Shown in pieces: positions 57,277 to 64,000 of a DNA stretch of 64,000 bases. A program made the translations under genes and the position numbers. The first letter of the stretch is position 1, and each line of letters starts with the position of its first letter. The stretch is from the NCBI GenBank assembly GCA_020630065.1, contig JAHDCC010000019.1, positions 7,139 to 71,138 of the forward strand, written 5' to 3'. Source of the stretch: Acidimicrobiales bacterium. Lineage in GTDB: Bacteria; Actinomycetota; Acidimicrobiia; Acidimicrobiales; SZUA-35. Under the pieces are notes generated by a model. It was not told where the DNA came from and did not search any database. It saw only the letters and a list, made by a program, of their open reading frames with translations.

Positions 57277-58797
57277 ATGGCTCCTTACGATTTTTTACGA
57301 GTAACCGCTCTGCCAGCAAAGACGTTTACCGTCTCTGCACTGGTTCTGAGCGTGTTGACCATCATCTCTCAACCAGCGCAAGCGACCGGATTCGACACGC
57401 TGTATTCGGCGACCTCGGTGTGCCAAGAAATCCGCACGTTCCAAACCGGCGTTGGAGACGACGAAATCAACACTATTTCAATTCCGGAAGGGCCCGGGCC
57501 AATCGTCGCCGCTTTTGTCACCTGGGTTGGAGCTAACGATCTCACGCCTGATCTGGTTTCAACCCCAGGGCAGGCGGACAGCTCACTCACTATCAACGGA
57601 AGCGAAGTGTCCGGCGTTTCACCGGTCGGCGAAGCTGGGAGCCAAGAACTCGAACCGGGCAAATACTGGTATGCGTGGAACGCCGACATCGGCCCCAATG
57701 GCGCAAATATCCTCAACGGAACTTCCGCCCACGAACTTTCGATTAGCGGTTGGAAAGTCACCAACGAAGACGAGTATCACGGTCGAAACGGCGCAGAGAT
57801 AGACATTGTCTACGATGTTTCTCCTTGTTCAGAGCCGGTCGATGTCACAATATTGTCTGGAGTCGACTGGATATATGAGACGCTCGGCCAACCTCGTTCA
57901 ACGACTATGGTCTTACCGGTAGCGCCCGCTGCGAACGAGCGAACAGAAACTGTTCGTCTTAGTTTGTGGGGCGGAGAGAAACGAACCGATCGGTGCCGTT
58001 TCTCAGCATTATGGATGCTTGCTGGCTCTGACCCTTTGCCAACCGGAAGTGAGCTGAACCTGTTCACGCCGACCCCTCACCAGCCAGCATTCGGAATCAA
58101 TAACGCGGTTGAGATTGTTGCCAATCCGTTCCTTGGTCCCGATTCGACCTGTGAACATGAACCTAACCCTGAGCCGGACGTGCCGTACGACGCAGGCCAT
58201 CTCTACCCAGAAGGTGCAGCTACTGCTCCTTACAATGCGGTCGCAGTTCGTCGGCATGCGTTGACTTCGGATGCCGAGGTTCTTTCGATCGAAGTCGAAC
58301 TTCGGGTACCGGGCGACGCGTCTTGGGTAGCCTTGCAGCTCGAATCTGAGGGAGAACACTACGGAGAGTCCGGGGCTTGGACTGCTAGTTTCACGACAAG
58401 CACTACGGCTTCAGCTGCTTCTTCGACCAGTACTTCGTCGGAGCCAAAGACCTTTGTCGACAATGTGATCGTACCTGGGCTGGCCGAGGTCGAACAGCAG
58501 GCTGGAGCGTCCTCTATTTCCGAGAGTGAAGCTCAAGGCAACGTCGAAACTGAAGTTGGTGGGATCACGGTTTCCAATGACGCCGCTACGAACCAAGATG
58601 CTGCCTCAAATCAAACTGTGGCAGGCTCGATTCAAGCGAGTTCGTCAACCTCAGGCAGCGACGCGTCTTCTTCTGGCACGTTGGCACTGACCGGTACTTC
58701 TACGTTTGCTCTGGTTGTTGCTTCGTGCGCAATGATTTTCGGAGGCCTGCTTCTTCTGCGACGTCGCTCGATGTCTTTAACCTCGTCGGAAACGTAA
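57277..58797 (+). CDS. Secreted surface protein with a C-terminal LAxTG sortase sorting signal
   Basis: N-terminal signal peptide (...IISQPAQA). The C-terminus has LALTG (nt 58681-58695), then the hydrophobic stretch TSTFALVVASCAMIFGGLLLL, then RRR. An S/T/A-rich stalk precedes the motif. Confidence 0.75.
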   Translation: MAPYDFLRVTALPAKTFTVSALVLSVLTIISQPAQATGFDTLYSATSVCQEIRTFQTGVGDDEINTISIPEGPGPIVAAFVTWVGANDLTPDLVSTPGQADSSLTINGSEVSGVSPVGEAGSQELEPGKYWYAWNADIGPNGANILNGTSAHELSISGWKVTNEDEYHGRNGAEIDIVYDVSPCSEPVDVTILSGVDWIYETLGQPRSTTMVLPVAPAANERTETVRLSLWGGEKRTDRCRFSALWMLAGSDPLPTGSELNLFTPTPHQPAFGINNAVEIVANPFLGPDSTCEHEPNPEPDVPYDAGHLYPEGAATAPYNAVAVRRHALTSDAEVLSIEVELRVPGDASWVALQLESEGEHYGESGAWTASFTTSTTASAASSTSTSSEPKTFVDNVIVPGLAEVEQQAGASSISESEAQGNVETEVGGITVSNDAATNQDAASNQTVAGSIQASSSTSGSDASSSGTLALTGTSTFALVVASCAMIFGGLLLLRRRSMSLTSSET

Positions 58798-58802
58798 AAC
58801 TG

Positions 58803-59336
58803 TTAGATACCTTCGAACTGGCAGAGATAGTGGACCGATACGCCACGTTTGCGCAGAATTTTGCTGCCGTCTAGCTCTGGCAGGTCGATCACGAAACTTG
58901 CGTGGTCGACCACTCCCCCTAGTTCTTCGATCAGCTCAATGCCAGCTACTGCTGTGCCGCCGGTAGCGATTAGGTCGTCGAGCAGCAAAACTCTGTCGCC
59001 GGGTTCGATGGCGTCGTCTTGGATTTCCAGGGTTTCAGAACCGTATTCCAGTTCGTAGTCTCGCGTTATCGTTGCGCCAGGAAGTTTGCCTTGTTTGCGG
59101 ATCGGAACAAACCCAACCCCAAGTTGATATGCGACGATTCCGCCGAGCACAAACCCTCTCGCTTCAAGGGCGGCCACCTTGTCAAACCGGTGACCGTTGT
59201 AGTTCTGCACGATCTCGTCCGAGGCCAGCCGAAGCCCCTCTGCGTCACCAAACAGCGTGGTAATATCGCGGAACATAATTCCATCTTTGGGGAAATCTGG
59301 GATAGTGCGAATCAGATCTTTGATAGTTGAAGTCAT
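58803..59336 (-). CDS. apt: Adenine phosphoribosyltransferase
   Basis: [15 protein letters not shown], and the PRPP motif [14 protein letters not shown]. 177 aa. Confidence 0.9.
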   Translation of the reverse strand: MTSTIKDLIRTIPDFPKDGIMFRDITTLFGDAEGLRLASDEIVQNYNGHRFDKVAALEARGFVLGGIVAYQLGVGFVPIRKQGKLPGATITRDYELEYGSETLEIQDDAIEPGDRVLLLDDLIATGGTAVAGIELIEELGGVVDHASFVIDLPELDGSKILRKRGVSVHYLCQFEGI

Positions 59337-59500
59337 TTGACTGACTATTGTAGCTGTATGTCTGATGGGGAACCGGACACCTCAACGCTAGACGTGTAGA
59401 CGCGGCAAATCCCGGATTAGATTCCCACCTTTGAAGGGATATATCCAATAGCCGAATTCCTCAACTAGGATTGCACCGTAGTCAAAAAGGGAGTTCGTTA

Positions 59501-60199
59501 ATGTTCGGAAGAAGCGTGGTCAAGACTTCAACCTCTTTAGGGCTAATGCTCGCCATCTCGTTGGTGGCCGCTAGCTGTGGCGCTGTGCAGGACTTAGCCG
59601 AAGAACAGACGGGTGAAACGATCTCGATCGACAGCCCCGATTTTACTGCCCCAGATTTCGAGGTGCCGGACTTTAACGCTCCCGATTTCACCGTTCCAGA
59701 CATCGTTGCCCCAGATATTGATGTGGACATCATCGAAGCGCCCGAGCTTCCAGATATTCGATTTCCTGATGCCATTGAGATTGAGGTTCCAGAAATCTCT
59801 AGCCCCGATGTGGCGGTAGAGGAAACGGAAGATGAAACGATCTACACGGTTAAAGGCCAGGTATTGTTCGAGTTTGATCAGGCAGAGATGCGGCCCGACA
59901 CCCTTAGCGTCTTGGATGAGATCTTGGACGCCATCGAAAATCGTGACTTTAACGGCGAGGTCGAGATCGCCGGGCACACCGATGCTAAAGGTACCGCGGA
60001 CTACAACTATGATTTATCTGTTCGGCGGGCTACAGGAGTTGCGCTGTGGTTCAGGGAGCGTCTACCGGAGGACCGTTCGGTTGTCGCTGTCGGCTACGGG
60101 GAAGGCCAACCAATTGCGGCGAACACTCTTCCCGATGGCAGCGATGACCCTGACGGGCGGGCCCGTAACCGACGTGTTGAAGTTATCGTTAGCAAATAA
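59501..60199 (+). CDS. OmpA/MotB-family peptidoglycan-binding lipoprotein with an N-terminal xPD(F/I) repeat region
   Basis: Lipobox LVAASC. The C-terminal OmpA-like domain has FEFDQAEMRP...GHTDAKGTADYNYDLSVRRA...NRRVEV. The ATG at 59501 is preceded by AAGGGAG. Confidence 0.8.
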   Translation: MFGRSVVKTSTSLGLMLAISLVAASCGAVQDLAEEQTGETISIDSPDFTAPDFEVPDFNAPDFTVPDIVAPDIDVDIIEAPELPDIRFPDAIEIEVPEISSPDVAVEETEDETIYTVKGQVLFEFDQAEMRPDTLSVLDEILDAIENRDFNGEVEIAGHTDAKGTADYNYDLSVRRATGVALWFRERLPEDRSVVAVGYGEGQPIAANTLPDGSDDPDGRARNRRVEVIVSK

Positions 60200-60206
60200 T
60201 GTTTAG

Positions 60207-61007
60207 CTAGCACGGTTGAGCCAACGCTTCAGATACAAGACTGAGAGCGTCGGCCGTCCCGGCCTGCACCCATTCTGTCGGGATACCGGCTGCACCGATC
60301 GTCCCGTATGACACCTCTAGCCCGGCTCGCTGACATAGAAGTACTCCCGCGGCGATGTCCCACATGTTCGTATGGTGTTCGACATAACCGTCGGTGTATC
60401 CAAGAGCGGCAAACGCTAAGCCAACTGTCGCGCATCGGTACTCTGCGATTCCCCATTTTTGCTGCCTGAATGCTCGCTCTAGTTTGTCGATATCTGACCA
60501 GTAGGGGTTCTCTCCTAGCGCAATTACTCGTATTCCTGTGTCAGCCGGGCCCATGTATGGGTTCGTGTTAAGAAACAGTGGGGACCCTTCAGCGGCTCCC
60601 ACTGTGAGACCAAGAGCGGGTAACGCTATTACGCCAACGGTGGTTTTTTCGTTCTCGACGTAGGCGATTGACACCCCCCATAGTGGTGAACCTCGAAGAA
60701 AGTTCGCTGTTCCGTCGATTGGGTCGATACACCAATATGCGTCCGTTTGGGCGCCACCTAATTCTTCACCTTGCACATCGTCGTTTGGGTACTGCTGGGC
60801 AAGGTGGTGCCGGATGTGTTCTTCAGTCGCGGCGTCGAGATCGGAGACGAACTCCCTTGGATTTTTCTGCCGAACTTCTAAACCGGAGCGGGCACGAAGC
60901 TCGGATAAGGCGAAGGTTCCGGCTTCAATGCTGGCTGCGGTGGCTAACTCAAGTCGTCGATCGAGTTCGTTGCCCATCTTTGGTTCCTGGCTTCCTGCTG
61001 ATGACAT
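60207..61007 (-). CDS. Inositol monophosphatase family protein (second copy in the window)
   Basis: GEELG, WCIDPIDGTANF and WDIAAG motifs. The true start may be the ATG at 60977. Confidence 0.8.
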   Translation of the reverse strand: MSSAGSQEPKMGNELDRRLELATAASIEAGTFALSELRARSGLEVRQKNPREFVSDLDAATEEHIRHHLAQQYPNDDVQGEELGGAQTDAYWCIDPIDGTANFLRGSPLWGVSIAYVENEKTTVGVIALPALGLTVGAAEGSPLFLNTNPYMGPADTGIRVIALGENPYWSDIDKLERAFRQQKWGIAEYRCATVGLAFAALGYTDGYVEHHTNMWDIAAGVLLCQRAGLEVSYGTIGAAGIPTEWVQAGTADALSLVSEALAQPC

Positions 61008-61150
61008 CCGACTTTCTGTTCATCGATCTAGATCGTAGCAGCCCTTTGCGAAGGCCTAACGGCCTGGTGTGGTTTGGCTCCTTTTATCGAAGCGGTTCCT
61101 TCGAGCCTGGAAGCACCAGACCCGAAGGAACATACGTTGCACTTATGGAA

Positions 61151-61369
61151 CTAAAGAGCTAACAGCTGGTCGCAGGTTCGCCAGGTTGTTGGCGAGTTCA
61201 AAGACCCGATCTCAGACTGATAGTCGCTAACTATTTTTTCGGTAACACCGGCATCGATCAACTCAGCTCGGCATGCCTCGTCGATCCATTGGCGTTCACC
61301 CTCGTTCGGACCAGACGTATACACGACCCAACCAGAACCAGGATCAGCCGACATCGCTTTCACCTCAAA
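61151..61369 (-). repeat. Copy 1 of the 72-aa two-Cys module (FEVKAMS...WRTCDQLLAL)
   Basis: The DNA is nearly identical, over about 200 bp, to 62687-62902. Confidence 0.85.
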
Positions 61370-62287
61370 CACCTCGGCGGTAGGGGGATCGACGTGTTTG
61401 TGTTTTTTCAGGTCGGTACCGAGTGTTTTGTCAACTGCTGGATCTAACAATCCATATTTGTAGATGGAAACACCGTCCGGGTTTTTCTGCCGATCTGGCA
61501 GTTGGCTGCGTTCTGCTGGGCCGTCTCCGAATTCACATTCTTCGCGCTCTTCAATGTTGCATTGGACGACGTCATCCATCGCATCTTCGTCCCAAGCCAC
61601 GATGTAGTCGGCGTGTAATGACTCTCCTTGTGTCTCAGCACTGGTATCCGACGACAGGTACCAATCGGTATCGAAATCGACGTCATATCGGATGTTGTAT
61701 TCAGCACGCGGGATTCGGTACGGATGGCTATCTGGGCAGTGATTACTGTTGCCATCTGCGGTGTCTTGATAAGCCAAGTGACTTGTGTTGTCTGGGCTCT
61801 CAAGCACCGGGTTGCCATTAGTGTCAACCGCTAGACATTGGGGGAAGTTCACCTTGAGTTGCATTCCTGTCGGATACATATTGGGATGTGGGGCAAGACT
61901 ATAAGCTTTAAAATGCTCTGGATCACTGTTCTGAACGTCCTGGTTTGCGAGCATTTTCAGACCGTTAGGTATCGGGTTAATAGTGTCTCGATCGAATTCT
62001 AGACCACCTTCAGGGATCGATTTGTAGTAGACGATAATGTCGTATGGCAAGACGGCCTCATCATTTTCGTTGAACAACGTCGGTGCCCAATATCCACTTC
62101 GGTTGTTCAGGCCGCCCTCACAGCTTGATTTACCTTCGGACAACAGACTTTCGCCGGTGGATGCGTAGTTGGTTTCTGTGTTACCCCAAAAGGTGTGCAG
62201 GTGCGCAGCGTTTGGTTCTCCCGGATAAACCACCGGATCATCGTAAGACAAATGTGAGATAGAACCCATCAATTTCGTTTTTCTCAT
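61151..62287 (-). CDS. DUF1996-like protein with a C-terminal 72-aa two-cysteine module
   Basis: The N-terminal SHLSYDDPVVYPGEPNAAHLHTFWGN matches the DUF1996 hallmark (DDPIvfPG..sHlH.FfGn). The C-terminal 72 aa repeat a module found twice in the next gene. No signal peptide is visible. Confidence 0.55.
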   Translation of the reverse strand: MRKTKLMGSISHLSYDDPVVYPGEPNAAHLHTFWGNTETNYASTGESLLSEGKSSCEGGLNNRSGYWAPTLFNENDEAVLPYDIIVYYKSIPEGGLEFDRDTINPIPNGLKMLANQDVQNSDPEHFKAYSLAPHPNMYPTGMQLKVNFPQCLAVDTNGNPVLESPDNTSHLAYQDTADGNSNHCPDSHPYRIPRAEYNIRYDVDFDTDWYLSSDTSAETQGESLHADYIVAWDEDAMDDVVQCNIEEREECEFGDGPAERSQLPDRQKNPDGVSIYKYGLLDPAVDKTLGTDLKKHKHVDPPTAEVFEVKAMSADPGSGWVVYTSGPNEGERQWIDEACRAELIDAGVTEKIVSDYQSEIGSLNSPTTWRTCDQLLAL

Positions 62288-62353
62288 CGCCCATCTCTTT
62301 CTATAGGTGGCAATATTGACCGGTAAGAACCAACGGAGCCAACAAAAGTTCCC

Positions 62354-62395
62354 AGAAAAACGACATTGGGCCGAGTTATGAAACCCGGCCCAATG
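62354..62395 (-). terminator. Rho-independent terminator after the DUF1593-like gene
   Basis: On the minus strand: CATTGGGCCG-GGTTTCATAACT-CGGCCCAATG followed by TCGTTTTTCTGGG. Confidence 0.75.
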
Positions 62396-62416
62396 TATTG
62401 CTGTGTTATGTAAACG

Positions 62417-62641
62417 CTAGTTCTGCGGCATCAGCTGTTCGCAGGTTAGCCAGTTGGTCACCGAGTCCAGCGAACCGATATCGGTCTGATAGTTGGTGAT
62501 CACCTTTTCTGTGACACCAGCGTCTGCTAGCTCGTTACGGCACGACTCAGACACCCACTGGCGTTCGCCCTCATTCGGGCCGAACGTATATACGATCCAT
62601 GCGGAACCGGGATTAGCCGACTTCACCCGCAGCTCAAACAG
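62417..62641 (-). repeat. Copy 3 (divergent) of the two-Cys module (LFELRVKSANPGSAW...WLTCEQLMPQN)
   Basis: It shares the GPNEGERQW, C-R-x-EL-x-DAGVT and W-x-TC-xQL positions with the other copies. Confidence 0.8.
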
Positions 62642-64000
62642 TGGTGTTGGTGGAGGAGGCGGTGGTGTTGTTCCGCCATCGTCAGCTAGTTCGAGTAGTT
62701 GGTCGCAGGTTCGCCAGGTTGTTGGCGAGTTCAAAGACCCGATCTCTGCCTGGTAGCTAACGACCACTGTTGAGGTGACTCCGGCATCGATCAACTCGGC
62801 TCGGCATGCTTCGTCGATCCATTGGCGTTCGCCCTCGTTCGGACCAGACGTATACACGACCCAACCAGAACCTGGACCGTCCGACATCGCTTTCACCTCA
62901 AACAATGACGTTGGAGGTGGTGGAGGTGGAGGTGTTGTTCCACCATCGCCGTCTCCGGTAATTACTATTCTCTCGTATCGTGTAAGACTTGGAGTCCCAT
63001 TATCGGTGACAGCCACAATCACGTGTACGGTCTCGCCCTCAGCTTGTTCAGGGAACGTAAACGACGTCGAGGTTCCGGTCTCAGAGCTCAAGTTAACGTC
63101 GCCGTCAAAGGTGGACGCCGGATCGTAGTGCGACCAAGCGTAACTCAGATTGTCCCCATCAGGGTCCGTGGCAGAAACTGATAGATTAACCGTCGACCCT
63201 GGTTCGACACTCAAGTCGTTGGCGCCGTTGAGGTTTACGATAGGTTCGTGGTTTGCATCTGCGTAACTGGCAGTATTGGCCCAATCGTTACGGGCTGCGT
63301 AGTCTTGTTCAGACGCAGAGAACCAGCGCGTCACGGGTTTAGTCGCGTATCCGTTTTCTGATACACCTGCGTCAGTCCAGTGAGTGTCGTCTAGACGAGG
63401 ACCTTCAAATCGTCCTCCCCAGCCTCCGAAGGTCGGGTCTTCGACCGAACGTAAACCGTTTGGTATCACATGCAAGAACGAGGGGGTATCACCCTCATGG
63501 ATCCATGGCTTTCCATCACCGGGTCCGGTGTGATTATCTGACAATGCGCCGTGGTCTTCGTAGTTTCTCTGCCATGCAGATGATCGCCACTGCCCGTCGG
63601 CGGGATCGATTGCAATCCTGTCGTAGCCGGAATTCGCTGTTCCGTATCCCATCGCCCCAAACTGGTCTTTTGAGACTATCACTTTCAACTTGCCTGGGAA
63701 CCACGTGGCTTGTTGCAGCTCGTTGAGCGATTGTCCGAAGATTGAATATACACGCAGTTTGGACAGAGCCTTGGTTTGTTCCGCTTCAGTTCGCCCCTTT
63801 AGCTCGGTCATAACATCGCCCAGAGAAGATTCTTCGAACGGACCCCACACGAGATACCAGACTTCTCGAGGGTCGTCGTCTAGAAGTTCATCAATTACTA
63901 GGTTCGTCGCCTCGGTTGTTCTATCTTCGGCCACTACCGATTCCAGGGAGCTTGCGGTTGGGTAGTCTTGATCGTGGACTTTGAGGTTTGGATAGACTTC
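62417..64000 (-). CDS. DUF1593 (nucleoside-hydrolase-like) / Ig-like domain protein with two C-terminal two-Cys modules. The N-terminus lies outside the window.
   Basis: The frame stays open upstream of the ORF-track GTG at 63934 (EVYPNLKVHDQDYPTASSLESV...). DDDPREVWYLVWGP and the following region resemble DUF1593. This is followed by an Ig-like segment (VSATDPDGDNLSYAW), poly-Pro linkers and two modules. Confidence 0.55.
   Translation of the reverse strand, partial: EVYPNLKVHDQDYPTASSLESVVAEDRTTEATNLVIDELLDDDPREVWYLVWGPFEESSLGDVMTELKGRTEAEQTKALSKLRVYSIFGQSLNELQQATWFPGKLKVIVSKDQFGAMGYGTANSGYDRIAIDPADGQWRSSAWQRNYEDHGALSDNHTGPGDGKPWIHEGDTPSFLHVIPNGLRSVEDPTFGGWGGRFEGPRLDDTHWTDAGVSENGYATKPVTRWFSASEQDYAARNDWANTASYADANHEPIVNLNGANDLSVEPGSTVNLSVSATDPDGDNLSYAWSHYDPASTFDGDVNLSSETGTSTSFTFPEQAEGETVHVIVAVTDNGTPSLTRYERIVITGDGDGGTTPPPPPPPTSLFEVKAMSDGPGSGWVVYTSGPNEGERQWIDEACRAELIDAGVTSTVVVSYQAEIGSLNSPTTWRTCDQLLELADDGGTTPPPPPPTPLFELRVKSANPGSAWIVYTFGPNEGERQWVSESCRNELADAGVTEKVITNYQTDIGSLDSVTNWLTCEQLMPQN
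62687..62902 (-). repeat. Copy 2 of the two-Cys module (FEVKAMSDGPGSGW...WRTCDQLLEL)
   Basis: The DNA is almost identical to 61151-61369. It is flanked on both sides by PPPPPP(P) linkers. Confidence 0.85.

Overview
The window is a gene-dense chromosomal segment with moderate-to-high GC, judged by eye. Its gene content looks actinobacterial: a class E sortase with an LAxTG substrate, an FHA-FHA-ABC transporter resembling Rv1747, Hanks-type Ser/Thr kinases, an L,D-transpeptidase, and LMW-PTP ArsC. I did not recognise any rRNA, tRNA, CRISPR array or mobile element.

Recognisable blocks, left to right:
- 1-5.5 kb: a complete System I cytochrome c maturation cluster, ccmA-B-C-D-E-F-G. It includes a 45-aa ccmD that is missing from the ORF track.
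- 5.5-9 kb: a class E sortase and a divergent GH63-like hydrolase / GT4 pair.
- 9.5-12.2 kb: a tail-anchored Ser/Thr kinase carrying a 3 x 48-bp proline-rich tandem repeat.
- 17-21 kb: an M15 peptidase and an FHA-FHA-ABC transporter.
- 22-26.5 kb: a TPP-riboswitch-controlled operon, thiE-thiO-thiS-thiG-thiE2/tenI-thiD.
- 26.5-37 kb: cysS, modA, aconitase, panD, citrate synthase, accD.
- 37.8-41.6 kb: a membrane desaturase and hrpB.
- 41.7-43.5 kb: amt-glnK.
- 44-47 kb: cell-wall proteins.
- 46.9-52.6 kb: a biotin operon.
- 52.7-55 kb: a fused deacetylase-like/GT2 exopolysaccharide synthase.
- 61-64 kb: two secreted-type proteins sharing a triplicated two-cysteine module of about 72 aa.

The most interesting candidate is the biotin operon. 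bioB-bioF-bioD-bioA continues, through 4-nt start/stop overlaps, into a 222-aa protein with a textbook di-iron carboxylate motif (E...ExxH...E...ExxH) and then into a crotonase-fold protein resembling HIBCH. No known pimelate-arm gene (bioC/H, bioI/W, bioZ) is visible in the window. This suggests an undescribed route to the pimeloyl precursor.

All functional calls rest on motif recognition by eye. No database search was run.
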